NCBI GenBank assembly: GCA_003135055.1
Contig: PLDF01000473.1
Span: 1,246-65,245 of the forward strand
Reading direction: 5' to 3'
DNA length: 64,000 nucleotides
Origin: Bryobacterales bacterium
GTDB lineage: Bacteria; Acidobacteriota; Terriglobia; Bryobacterales; Bryobacteraceae
The position numbers were made by a program, and so were the translations under genes. Shown piece by piece: positions 45,544-55,124 of the stretch; positions within the stretch are counted from its first letter, which is position 1, and every line of letters starts with the position of its first letter. The notes under the pieces were generated by a model. That model saw only the letters and a list, made by a program, of their open reading frames with translations. It searched no databases and was not told the origin of the DNA.

Positions 45544-45896
45544 ATGAAGCCGCGGTTTCAAGCTGACAACGACCTCCGGATCTCGATCCGGACTGGCGTG
45601 CTGCAACGCGAGCCTTCCATCGATTCCGGAGCGCTCGCACGGCCAGCCTCGACGGTCTTCCCGACCCCGAAGTGCTGCGGTTGGTCACCACGCAGGGCCG
45701 TATTCTCATCTCGCACGACGAGAATTCGATGCCCGGTCACTTCAGTAACTTTCTCGGTAGTGGGAACCATTGCCCTGGCGTTCTGATGGCCCCGCAAGGC
45801 GCGCCGGCCGGACTCGTCATTGACAGCATCCTGCTCATCTGGGTCGCTTCCGAGCCCGATGAATGGATTGATCGAATTGTCTGGCTCCCTCTTTAG
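45544..45896 (+). pseudogene. DUF5615 (PIN-like, partner of DUF433) gene with -1 frameshift near 45622
   Basis: MKPRFQADNDLRISIRTGVLQREPSID, then the sequence continues in another frame as FRSARTASLDGLPDPEVLRLVTTQGRILISHDENSMPGHF...PGVLM...LLIWVASEPDEWIDRIVWLPL. One missing T in GATTCC restores the frame. Confidence 0.65.
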
Positions 45897-46005
45897 CCAG
45901 GGCGTTCGCTTGGCCCATGGTCCGCGATCAAGCGTTAGCCTACCGCTCCGAGCCCAGCCTCTGCACCGTCTCCTCCAATTCGGCAACGCGCCGCGCCAGA
46001 TCGTC

Positions 46006-46067
46006 GATGCGGTGTACCGCTCGTGCAGGACGGTAGGGCCGGCGGTCTTTGCCGCCGGTGGTTTCCC
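46006..46067 (+). repeat. duplicate of the oxidoreductase gene 3' end plus its hairpin (copy of 45019..45046 plus 45073..45107)
   Basis: GATGCGGTGTACCGCTCGTGCAGGACGG is followed directly by GTAGGGCCGGCGGTCTTTGCCGCCGGTGGTTTCCC. It lacks the 26 nt holding the genuine stop codon. Confidence 0.8.
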
Positions 46068-46527
46068 GTCGCTCTTGCGTGAGCCTGGAGTCGTCTTATC
46101 GATAATCCGGAAGGGATCTAACTAACGATCTGATACTGGTCGATCCCCACTCCAACGCCGACCGCGACCAAAACCGGTACTCGAATACCTCTGCCGGAAT
46201 GCTAAGCTGCCAGTCGAACGATAAACTCGCCGACCGCCTGCTTCAACTATCGACGATTCCAGCGCGCCTGCCAAGCGCGCGGCCCGATGACCTGATGGCC
46301 GAACTCGGTGAAGGTGAGACCGGCGTCTCCGGGCGCAGGCAGTCCCTGGGGAAGCGCGCTGGAACGGGCAACTGGGCTGACGCTTGGCGACTGCTTACCC
46401 CTGTTTCGTTTACCAAGCGCCGCGCGCCACCGCCCGAAGGCCGGTCCCACCTACTATTAGATCCGTTTCCAGTGGTAAAGTGTTTCTTCGGCTGGCCCCG
46501 AAGCTACGCCGATCAGGAGTGCTTTAC

Positions 46528-49476
46528 ATGGCAGGTCGACGTGGTTGGTTAGTTTTTCTCATCACGCTGTGCGTGGTGGCGTTACTGGGATTAGGATTGT
46601 GGGCCCAGCAGATGAGCCCCGCGGGCCAATACCCCAACAACCTGCTTTCCGGTTTGCAATGGCGCGACGTGGGTCCCATGCGCGCCGGACGCACGTTTGG
46701 CGTCGCCGGTAACGCCAGCCAGCCCGATACCTTCTATTTCGGCTCGGTCGGCGGCGGCGTTTGGAAGACCGAGAACTCGGGGCGTACGTGGTTCCCGATC
46801 TCCGACGAGGGCATTCCGATCGGCTCCATCGGCGCCATTGCGGTGGCCCCGTCGAATCCCAACGTCGTCTACGTCGGCACTGGCGAGCCTGACATCCGGA
46901 GCCAACACTCCTACGGCATCGGCATGTACAAATCCACGGACGCGGGCAAGACCTGGACCCATATCGGCCTCGAATCCACGCGCCAGATCGGACGCGTGGC
47001 CGTCGACCCCACCAACCCGAATCGGGTTTATGTAGCGGCGCTCGGCCACGTGTACGATGCCAACCCAGACCGCGGCGTGTATCGCTCCACCGACGGCGGC
47101 GCCACCTGGAAGAAAGTCTTAGTCAGCGCCAAGGACCCCAACAATGTCGGGGCGATCGATCTGACCATCGATCCCAAGAATCCGCGGGTGCTCTACGCGT
47201 CGCTGTGGGCCACGCGCCGGCCTCCGTGGTCGGTTTATGCGCCCAGTAATCTGGTTGGCGGCGGGCTGTACAAATCCACCGACGGAGGCGACACCTGGAA
47301 GCAATTGAGCGGCGGGCTGCCCACCGATGAATTTGTCGGCAAGATCGGCATCGCGGTCGCGCCCAGCAATCCCAACCGTCTGTGGGCGGTGGTTGACGAC
47401 CTCGGCAGCGCCGTGGCGGGCGGCGGCGGTGGTGGGGGCGGCGGCGCAGGGGGCGGCGGACGCCGCGGAGGCGGTGGCCCGAGCACCGGCGGCGGAGTCT
47501 ACACCTCCGACAATGCCGGCGCCACCTGGAAGCTGGTCAACGCCGAGAACCGGCTGTGGGGCCGCGGCTGGTACTTTGAAGCCGTGACCGTCGATCCCGC
47601 CAATCCCGACCGCGCCTACGTCATGAATACCGGCACCTTCATGACCATCGATGGCGGCAAGACGTTCGTTCCGGTCAAGGCGGCGCCCGGCGGCGACGAC
47701 TATCACCAGCTCTGGGTCAATCCCAAGGACGGCAACCGCATGGTGCTCAGCAGCGATCAGGGCACCGTGGTCAGCGTGGATGGCGGCAATAGCTGGAGCA
47801 CCTGGTATAACCAGCCCACCGCCCAGATTTATCACGTGGCCGCCGACAACCGTTTCCCGTATTGGCTTTACGGCGCGCAGCAGGATAGCGGCGGCGTGGG
47901 CGTCGCCACCTGGTCGCGCGAAGGAGTGCTCTCGTTCCGCAACTGGGAGCCCACCTGCCTGGCCGGCGAAAGCAATACCGTTGTCCCCGACCCCAAGGAC
48001 GGCAACATTCTTTACGGCGGCGGCGCGGGGCGGTGCGATCAGTACATCAACGTGGCCGCTCCGCTCGGGGGGCAGTTGCCCGCGGCCGATCCCGACGATC
48101 CCAACCGCAAAACCTGGACGCTTCCGGAGGTCTTCTCGCAAGCCGACGAAGCGCTTTACTACTCAAATCAATTTGTGATGCGCTCGCGCGACCGCGGCCG
48201 CACGTGGACAAAAATCAGCCCGGACCTGGCGCGGCTGCATCCGGCGGTGCCCGAAACTCTCGACCCAGTCACGGCCAAGGATATCGACCAGCCGATGACC
48301 GACCGCTTCGGCGTGGTCTATAGCATCGGCCCTTCGCCGCTGCAGGCAGCCACGGTCTGGGTTGGCACCGACGACGGCTTGATCCACGTCACGCGCGACG
48401 ATGGCAAGACATGGAACAACGTCACGCCGGTGGACATCACATCGTGGAGCAAGATCTCGCAGATTGAAGCCGGCCATTTCGATGCGGAGACCGCATATGC
48501 GTCGGTGGACCGCCATCGCGTCGCCGATAACAAGCCTTACATCTATCGCACGCACGATGGCGGCAAAACCTGGCAGAACGCGACCGCCGGCATCCCCGAA
48601 GGCGCCTATGTCAACTCGGTGAAGGAAGACCCGCAGGCCAAGGGGCTGCTCTACGCCGCCACCGAGCTGCGCGTTTACGTTTCCTTCAACGATGGCGCGC
48701 AATGGCAGCCGCTGCAGAACGGCATGCCGGTCACTTCGGTTCGCGACATCGTGGTGCACGGCGACGATCTGGATGTCGCCACCTATGGCCGCGGCTTCTG
48801 GGTGATGGATCAAATGGCCGCGCTGCGGCAAATCGCCACGCAGGGGGCGCAGATCGTTTCCGCCGGCGCTTACTTGTTCAAACCCGGAGAGACTTTGGCC
48901 ATCCGTGCCGGCGGCATGAACGGTACGCCGCTGCCGCATGAGGAACCGCAGGAACTGAATCCACCTTCGGGCGTTCTGGCCTACTATTGGCTCAAGACCG
49001 CCTCCGCGCAGCCGCTGAAGCTTGAGCTGCTGGATGGCTCGGGAGCCGTGCGCGCCTGCGCCGCCAGCGACACGCCCGTTCGTGAAGTGGATACCGAAAC
49101 CTTGAACGTTCAGGAAGTTTGGGAACGGCCGGCGCCGCCGCCTTCGGCCGCTGCCGGAATGCATCGCATGCCCCTCGGCGGCGCGGCCGGCCGCGGCGGT
49201 GGTGGCGGACGCGGTGGAGCTGCTGCTGCTGCGCCGCCGGCGGACGCCTGCAATCCTGCAGGAGCGGCTCCAGCCGTGGCGGCTGCCCCGCCCGCGGGTG
49301 GACGCGGCCGCGGCGGACGTGGCGGTGGTGGCGGGGGCGGTGGCGGTGGACGCGGCGGCGCCGGAGGATTGCAGGCGGGCCAGTACACGGTGCGCCTCAC
49401 CGTGGACGGCCAGACTTATACTCAGCCGGTGGTGGTGAAACCGGATCCTCGCGGCGCGCCTGGCGGCGGAGATTAG
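46528..49476 (+). CDS. large secreted BNR/Asp-box (sortilin/VPS10-like) beta-propeller protein with glycine/arginine-rich insertions
   Basis: 982 aa from ATG 46528 (RBS CAGGAG), with a signal/TM segment. Repeated S.D.G.TW Asp-box motifs (SGRTW, STDAGKTW, STDGGATW, STDGGDTW, DNAGATW, DDGKTW, HDGGKTW). The ORF-track start at 46384 is an extension. Confidence 0.85.
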   Translation: MAGRRGWLVFLITLCVVALLGLGLWAQQMSPAGQYPNNLLSGLQWRDVGPMRAGRTFGVAGNASQPDTFYFGSVGGGVWKTENSGRTWFPISDEGIPIGSIGAIAVAPSNPNVVYVGTGEPDIRSQHSYGIGMYKSTDAGKTWTHIGLESTRQIGRVAVDPTNPNRVYVAALGHVYDANPDRGVYRSTDGGATWKKVLVSAKDPNNVGAIDLTIDPKNPRVLYASLWATRRPPWSVYAPSNLVGGGLYKSTDGGDTWKQLSGGLPTDEFVGKIGIAVAPSNPNRLWAVVDDLGSAVAGGGGGGGGGAGGGGRRGGGGPSTGGGVYTSDNAGATWKLVNAENRLWGRGWYFEAVTVDPANPDRAYVMNTGTFMTIDGGKTFVPVKAAPGGDDYHQLWVNPKDGNRMVLSSDQGTVVSVDGGNSWSTWYNQPTAQIYHVAADNRFPYWLYGAQQDSGGVGVATWSREGVLSFRNWEPTCLAGESNTVVPDPKDGNILYGGGAGRCDQYINVAAPLGGQLPAADPDDPNRKTWTLPEVFSQADEALYYSNQFVMRSRDRGRTWTKISPDLARLHPAVPETLDPVTAKDIDQPMTDRFGVVYSIGPSPLQAATVWVGTDDGLIHVTRDDGKTWNNVTPVDITSWSKISQIEAGHFDAETAYASVDRHRVADNKPYIYRTHDGGKTWQNATAGIPEGAYVNSVKEDPQAKGLLYAATELRVYVSFNDGAQWQPLQNGMPVTSVRDIVVHGDDLDVATYGRGFWVMDQMAALRQIATQGAQIVSAGAYLFKPGETLAIRAGGMNGTPLPHEEPQELNPPSGVLAYYWLKTASAQPLKLELLDGSGAVRACAASDTPVREVDTETLNVQEVWERPAPPPSAAAGMHRMPLGGAAGRGGGGGRGGAAAAAPPADACNPAGAAPAVAAAPPAGGRGRGGRGGGGGGGGGGRGGAGGLQAGQYTVRLTVDGQTYTQPVVVKPDPRGAPGGGD

Positions 49477-49478
49477 TT

Positions 49479-49555
49479 GTAGGACAGGCCTCCTGGCCTG
49501 TCGACTCGCCGGCCCTACAATGGAAAAGAACCGGCGGCAAGACCGCCGGCGCTAC
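49479..49555. repeat. composite REP cluster between convergently headed hairpins
   Basis: GTAG-GACAGGCC-TCCT-GGCCTGTC (49479..49502). The reverse complement of 49503..49520 gives TTGTAGGGCCGGCG. The reverse complement of 49529..49555 gives GTAGCGCCGGCGGTCTTGCCGCCGGTT. It ends 1 nt before ATG 49557. Confidence 0.7.
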
Positions 49556-49556
49556 C

Positions 49557-50942
49557 ATGCCCAATACCATCAGGCAGACTTCCAGGCCTGGGCTGCTTCG
49601 CCAACTAGGCTTGTTCAGCGCCACCGCGCTGGTGATCTCCAACATGGTGGGCACGGGGATCTTCGCCACTCCGGGGCTGATGGCCGGCGATCTGGGCAGC
49701 GCCTGGTTGATCCTGGCCTGCTGGGGCGTGGGCGCGCTCTTCGCATTCGCCGGCGCATTGAGCTATTCCGAGTTGGGCATCAACTTCCCCAGCTCCGGCG
49801 GCGAGTATGTCTACCTGACCAGCGCGTTCGGCCCGGAATGGGGATTCATGACCGGATGGGTCTCGTTCTTCGCCGGATTTTCCGCGCCCATCGCCACCGC
49901 GGCCCTGGCCTTTTCCGATTATCTGGGCTACTTCTTCCCCAGCTTGAAGCAGGCCAACGCCACTTTTGCGATCGGCTCGGGCGCTTTCTCGCTGCATCTG
50001 GGAGCGGGCCAGGCGGTAGCGTCGTCGCTGATCGCGGTCTTCAGCATCCTCAACTGTTTCGGCGTGGGCCGCACCGCCAAAGTACAAAACGTGCTGACTT
50101 CCACCAAGCTCATCGTGATCGTAGGCTTCGTGCTGCTCGGCCTGCTGGCCGGCGCCGGAAGCTGGAGCCATTTTTCGGAGCCCGCCATTCGCACTTCGTC
50201 CGTGAGCCTGCCCGCGCAATTTTTCATCAGCCTGCTGTTCGTCATGTTCGGCTACAGCGGATGGAACGCGGCGACGTATATCGCGGAGGAAGTCTCGCAG
50301 CCGGAGCGTACGCTGCCCGCCGCGCTGGCCGCGGGATGCGGCATCGTCGCGGTGCTCTATCTCGGGCTCAACGTTCTCTATATCTACGCAACACCGCTTG
50401 AAAGCATGAAGGGCGTCATCGCGGTCGGCTCGCTTTCGGCGGAAAATCTTTTTGGACCGCAAGTGGCGGGCGTGTTTTCGGCGCTGCTGGCGCTATGCAT
50501 CGTCTCCACGGTCAACGCGGAATTGACGGTAGGCCCGCGCGTTTATTACGCCATGGCGAAGAACCGGGCGTTCTTCAGCGCCGCCATGACGGTGCATCCG
50601 CGGTGGCACACGCCGGTGGTCGCGATCCTCAGCCAGGGCATGTGCGCCATGGTGATGACGCTGACGCCGTTTCGCGAGCTGGTGACCTATATCGGCATGA
50701 GCCTGACGCTGTTTACGGCGCTATCGGTGGCCTCGCTGCTGGTGTTCCGCAGACGCCGCGCGGGTTGGCAGAAACTGCGCGCGGTGAGCTTCGCCTATCC
50801 GCTGATCCCCGTCTCGTATATCCTGGTAGGCGCCTGTATGATGATCTACGGCGTGATTTGGCAGCCGCGAGCGTCGCTGACGGCGCTGGCGACGGTAGGA
50901 GCGGGCGCGCTGGTGTACCGGTTCCGCATCCGGCAAGCCTAG
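49557..50942 (+). CDS. APC-superfamily amino acid permease
   Basis: 461 aa with ~12 TM helices. The N-terminus LLRQLGLFSATALVISNMVGTGIFATPG is typical of APC transporters. The ORF-track start at 49119 overlaps the previous gene. Confidence 0.9.
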   Translation: MPNTIRQTSRPGLLRQLGLFSATALVISNMVGTGIFATPGLMAGDLGSAWLILACWGVGALFAFAGALSYSELGINFPSSGGEYVYLTSAFGPEWGFMTGWVSFFAGFSAPIATAALAFSDYLGYFFPSLKQANATFAIGSGAFSLHLGAGQAVASSLIAVFSILNCFGVGRTAKVQNVLTSTKLIVIVGFVLLGLLAGAGSWSHFSEPAIRTSSVSLPAQFFISLLFVMFGYSGWNAATYIAEEVSQPERTLPAALAAGCGIVAVLYLGLNVLYIYATPLESMKGVIAVGSLSAENLFGPQVAGVFSALLALCIVSTVNAELTVGPRVYYAMAKNRAFFSAAMTVHPRWHTPVVAILSQGMCAMVMTLTPFRELVTYIGMSLTLFTALSVASLLVFRRRRAGWQKLRAVSFAYPLIPVSYILVGACMMIYGVIWQPRASLTALATVGAGALVYRFRIRQA

Positions 50943-50988
50943 CTGCTTGGCGGCGCGAAAGTTAGCTAGCTGGGGGAAGGGAAGTGGA

Positions 50989-51855
50989 ATGTATTCGAGA
51001 CGGGATTTCGGAAAACTCGCGGGACTGGCGGCGGCAATCCCGCTAAGCCGGCTGTACGCGGCGGCCAAGGTCTATTCCACCATTCACGGCGTGCTCATCG
51101 GCGCACAGACCTACAGCTTTCGCGATTTGCCGCTCGATGGCGCCATTGACGGGATGAAGCAGATCGGCCTGAGCGAGTGCGAGCTCGCCATGGGCCACGT
51201 GGAGCCGAAAGGCATGAGCGGCGACGATCTCAAGAACTGGCGGATCTCGACGCCGCTGAGCTACTTCGAGGATATTCGCAAGAAGTTCGACGCGGCCGGG
51301 ATTCGGATCTACGCCTATTCGCTGAATTTCAACGACGGCTTTTCCGGCGAAGAGCTGGACCGCGGTTTCGCGATGACTAAAGCGCTGGGCACGGACCTGA
51401 TTACCACATCCACCACTCTCACCTGCGCCAGGCGCCTGGCCCCATTGGCCGAAAAGCACCGCGTGCGCGTGGCGCTGCACGGGCACGATCAGACCCAAAA
51501 GCCGAACGAGTTCTCAACGCGCGAGAGCTTTGCCAAGGGTCTCGCGCTTTCGCCGATGTTCAACATCAATCTGGATATTGGCCACTACACGGCGGCCAAT
51601 GGCGATGCGGTGGCCTATCTGGAGGAAAAGCACGATAGAATTCTGGCGCTGCACATCAAAGACCGCAAGAAAAACCACGGCGATAACGTGCCGTGGGGCG
51701 AGGGCGACACGCCGATTAAGCCGGTGCTGCAACTGGTGCGCGGCAATAAGTGGAAGATACCCTGCAACATCGAATACGAATACGGCAGGCCGGGCATGGA
51801 TACCGTTGCCGAAGTGCGAAAGTGCTTCGAGTATTGTAAGCAGGCGCTGGCATGA
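50989..51855 (+). CDS. sugar phosphate isomerase/epimerase (xylose-isomerase-like TIM barrel) with Tat-type signal
   Basis: MYSRRDFGKLAGLAAA is a twin-arginine-like leader. The TIM-barrel AP-endonuclease-2 pattern follows (ECELAMGH, RVALHGHD, NLDIGHY, LHIKD). Confidence 0.85.
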   Translation: MYSRRDFGKLAGLAAAIPLSRLYAAAKVYSTIHGVLIGAQTYSFRDLPLDGAIDGMKQIGLSECELAMGHVEPKGMSGDDLKNWRISTPLSYFEDIRKKFDAAGIRIYAYSLNFNDGFSGEELDRGFAMTKALGTDLITTSTTLTCARRLAPLAEKHRVRVALHGHDQTQKPNEFSTRESFAKGLALSPMFNINLDIGHYTAANGDAVAYLEEKHDRILALHIKDRKKNHGDNVPWGEGDTPIKPVLQLVRGNKWKIPCNIEYEYGRPGMDTVAEVRKCFEYCKQALA

Positions 51856-53132
51856 GCGCTATTGTGACCGCGCGGCCAACCCGAGTCCGCTACTGGGTGA
51901 TCGTGTTTGCGGTCGCCCTGGCGGTAATTACGTATATCGACCGCGTCTCCCTCAGCGTGGCGGAGAAATCGATCCGCGGAGATCTGGGGCTCACTCATGA
52001 GCAGATGGGAATCATCTTCTCGTGCTTCGGCTTCGCATATGCGCTGTTCGAGATTCCTGGAGGATACCTGGGCGACGCCATCGGCCCGCGCAAGGTTCTG
52101 ATGCGGATCGTACTGTGGTGGTCGTTTTTCACCGCCGCCACGGGCCGGGCCTTCAGTTTCGCGTCGCTGGCGGTCACTCAGTTCCTGTTCGGCGCGGGCG
52201 AGGCAGGATGTTTCCCGAATCTAACCAAGACTTTCACCACATGGCTGCCCGAAAACGAAAGAGTGCGCGCGCAGGGCATCATGTGGTTGAGCGCACGCTG
52301 GGGCGGCGCATTCACTCCACCCCTGGTTGTATGGTTGATGCGAGCGGTGGGTTGGCGGTATGCGTTCGAAATTTTCGGCTGCGTGGGCCTGGTGTGGGCG
52401 CTGGCATTTTACCGCTGGTACCGCAACAATCCGTTGGAGAACCCTAAGCTCAACACTGCGGAACGCGAACTGTTGAGGGAAAGTGCCGGCCGCGCGTCCG
52501 GCCACGGGGACGTGCCTTGGGGTAAGTTCGCAAGCTCACTGCAGGTTTGGATGATTTGCCTGCAATATTTCTGTTTATCCTACGGCTGGTATTTTTACAT
52601 CACGTGGCTGCCGACGTATCTGAAGGAAGCACGGCGCCTGTCGATCGTCTCCAGTGGATGGCTGAGCGTGCTGCCACTATTTTTCGGCGGGTTGGCGAAC
52701 CCAATCAGCGTGTGGATCGGAGCCAGGCTGGCGCGCAAAATCGGCGACGTGGCTCAGTCGCGCCGAATCATGGCGTATATCGGTTTTTCCGGCGCCAGCG
52801 CGTTCCTGCTCTTTTCGACGGTGGTTGACAATCCGGTATATGCCATGCTTTCGATCGGCATGGCCAGCTTCTGCAACGACCTGGTGATGCCGGGCGCATG
52901 GGGGGCGGCCATGGATGTGGGCGGCGTGCATGCCGGATCGCTCTCGGGCGCAATGAACATGATGGGAAACATTGGCGGCGCCCTGTGCCCGCTGGTAATC
53001 GGCTATATCCTGAAATGGTCCAACAGCAACTGGAACCTTACGTTCTACGTTTCAGCGGCGATTTACCTGATGGGAATCGTGTGCTGGAGGTTTCTGGACC
53101 CGGTTACGCCGCTCGAGGCTGAAAAACATTAA
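51852..53132 (+). CDS. MFS transporter (anion:cation symporter / hexuronate-type)
   Basis: 426 aa with 12 TM helices. GYLGDAIGPRKVLM is the MFS loop 2-3 motif. Its start overlaps the upstream stop (ATGA). Confidence 0.9.
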   Translation: MSAIVTARPTRVRYWVIVFAVALAVITYIDRVSLSVAEKSIRGDLGLTHEQMGIIFSCFGFAYALFEIPGGYLGDAIGPRKVLMRIVLWWSFFTAATGRAFSFASLAVTQFLFGAGEAGCFPNLTKTFTTWLPENERVRAQGIMWLSARWGGAFTPPLVVWLMRAVGWRYAFEIFGCVGLVWALAFYRWYRNNPLENPKLNTAERELLRESAGRASGHGDVPWGKFASSLQVWMICLQYFCLSYGWYFYITWLPTYLKEARRLSIVSSGWLSVLPLFFGGLANPISVWIGARLARKIGDVAQSRRIMAYIGFSGASAFLLFSTVVDNPVYAMLSIGMASFCNDLVMPGAWGAAMDVGGVHAGSLSGAMNMMGNIGGALCPLVIGYILKWSNSNWNLTFYVSAAIYLMGIVCWRFLDPVTPLEAEKH

Positions 53133-53441
53133 GGCCGCGACTGATTTAGGTTGGAGCGCCGCGCCGAGGGTGCACGCCTGGCGATTGCCGCCAGGGATCG
53201 TAACGCATCGTTCACGGAATCCGCCGTCTGGGAACAACTCGGCAACTTCCGGGTCAAGGACGGCGACGTGCGAGTTCTTTCGGATCCCTCCGGCCCTCGC
53301 GGCAATCTGCGCTGGGGCACGCGCTTGCCGGAGCGGCATAACTAATCACAGCGTCCGAAGTGTCCACCCATGTGAGTTGAGCGGGCGCCAAGCAAGCTGC
53401 GCTTCAGCCGCCTTGGCAAACGCTAGCATGACTAGCTCTGT

Positions 53442-54773
53442 TTAGCGAGCGGCCATCGTGTAGCGGCCGCGGGGTGTCCGGTCCACAAAATAACTGGTAA
53501 TCCGATCACCGTCTATAGCGGCGATCCCGTCAGTGGCGCCCAGATAGACAACTTCGCCGGCTCTGCTGATGGAGGCGGCGATCGATGTAACAACGTCCGG
53601 TATGGCAAAACTTCGCACCTGAGCGGTCTCTCGATCCCAACGCAGCAGGCCGCCGGAGTTGTTTCCATACTCGCCGCGCCGGCAGAGCGCCAGCCAGACG
53701 CAGCCGGTTTCCACCAGGATCGCGGACACCGACCAGCGTTGAATCTGAGGCGGGGAATAGAGGCGGTAGGTCGCGGTGGCAGCGTCGAAATATCCAAATC
53801 CGCCTACGCCGGTCGACCCTTCGCTGTTGTAGAAGGTCTTGCCGAACCAGAGACGGCCGCCCTCCAGTTGGTGCGGACCAATTTCCTCGTTCATCTCCGC
53901 CTGGTTGGGCCGGATGAAGGTCTTGGCGTCGTCGGGACGAGCCTGCTGCCAGGTGCGCAGATCCGATTGGGCCAGCGGGTAGGATTTCTGATTCGGGCCC
54001 GGACGCTCCACGATTACCGTATATTCGGAGCCATACCGGTTCTTTTCCTTGGACAGCCGGAACTGTTGGCCGGGTCCGAATCCGGCGACGGAATCGGGTG
54101 GAGGCACGGGCGTGTGGAACGTTCGGTCTCCGATGCTCGATGCCTCCATCGGGATTTGAGATAGCACGCGGCCGGCTTCCGCGGCAGGCGCCACACGAAG
54201 CGCGCCCGTGTCCCGATCCACGTCCACGAGCAGCAACTGCTGATTGTTGGCCATCACGAAATGCGGGCCGCCGCGGCCGCGTAACACCTGCGCGGTCCAG
54301 TAAGGGGGATAAGAGAAGTAGCTCACCACCGCCTTCGCGCGGACATCGTAGATGAACTTACGATTGTCGTAGGTGGCCCATTTCTCGCCGACGCACGACA
54401 GCACTAACTCTTGCGCGGTCATGCGTTCGACGCTGGTGGAGCAATCGTCGTTGGGACCGGGTTCGATGGCGAGCTGGTACACGCGGCCCGGATCGGACCT
54501 GGACTGTAGAAACAGCCCGAGACGGTCTTTGAGCGACCACGCATACCGGCCGCCTGCATCGACGGTTTGGGGCTGACGCGAAGCTATCGCTAAAACCAGA
54601 TCCAACCGGTCGTCCGCGGGCATCCGCCTGACGATCACGGCATTGGCCATCGCCGGAGCGGCGCGCCGGAGGGCGGCGATGACGGAGCCGTCAGCCACGG
54701 TTGGATCCGCCGCCCGCAACAGAGGTATGACGATCAGGCAGGCCAGCGGCGCACGACGAAGCAGTCTATGCAT
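53442..54773 (-). CDS. hypothetical secreted protein (beta-propeller-like C-terminus)
   Basis: 443 aa with a signal peptide (LIVIPLLRAADP). A long uninterrupted ORF with GC3-rich codon usage. No confident family. Confidence 0.65.
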   Translation of the reverse strand: MHRLLRRAPLACLIVIPLLRAADPTVADGSVIAALRRAAPAMANAVIVRRMPADDRLDLVLAIASRQPQTVDAGGRYAWSLKDRLGLFLQSRSDPGRVYQLAIEPGPNDDCSTSVERMTAQELVLSCVGEKWATYDNRKFIYDVRAKAVVSYFSYPPYWTAQVLRGRGGPHFVMANNQQLLLVDVDRDTGALRVAPAAEAGRVLSQIPMEASSIGDRTFHTPVPPPDSVAGFGPGQQFRLSKEKNRYGSEYTVIVERPGPNQKSYPLAQSDLRTWQQARPDDAKTFIRPNQAEMNEEIGPHQLEGGRLWFGKTFYNSEGSTGVGGFGYFDAATATYRLYSPPQIQRWSVSAILVETGCVWLALCRRGEYGNNSGGLLRWDRETAQVRSFAIPDVVTSIAASISRAGEVVYLGATDGIAAIDGDRITSYFVDRTPRGRYTMAAR

Positions 54774-55124
54774 GACGTCTTGTCAGGGCAATTCAGTGCC
54801 CGCTCTTTGAGTTATTTGGTTTGAGCGAGGGCGGTGTCTTGATTGTGTTCGGACCGCACGGGACGTGGGGCGGCAGCCACAGGGTGATGGCTGGGCTGAG
54901 CTGTAAGTCGGCGAAGGGGCTATACCGATGGGCCTTGGGAAGAGCGCGGCGGCGTGGATTCCCGCGGGCCGCGGGTGGAGCGAAGGCGAGGGCGGCTGCG
55001 CGAGGCCAAATCGGCGGGCGCATGGGCGCGCAAGCGGGAGTAATCCGCGCTGGACGGCCCTTCTTCCGCACTGGCGGGCACTCACTGGACGCGCGCCGGG
55101 CGCGACGGATATTCTGGGAACGAT

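Noticed and set aside
44002-45606. 534-aa ORF on the minus strand
   Set aside because: It lies antisense to the well-supported Gfo/Idh/MocA and DUF433 genes. The sequence is Arg/His/Leu-rich with no recognisable motifs, a typical GC-rich shadow ORF.
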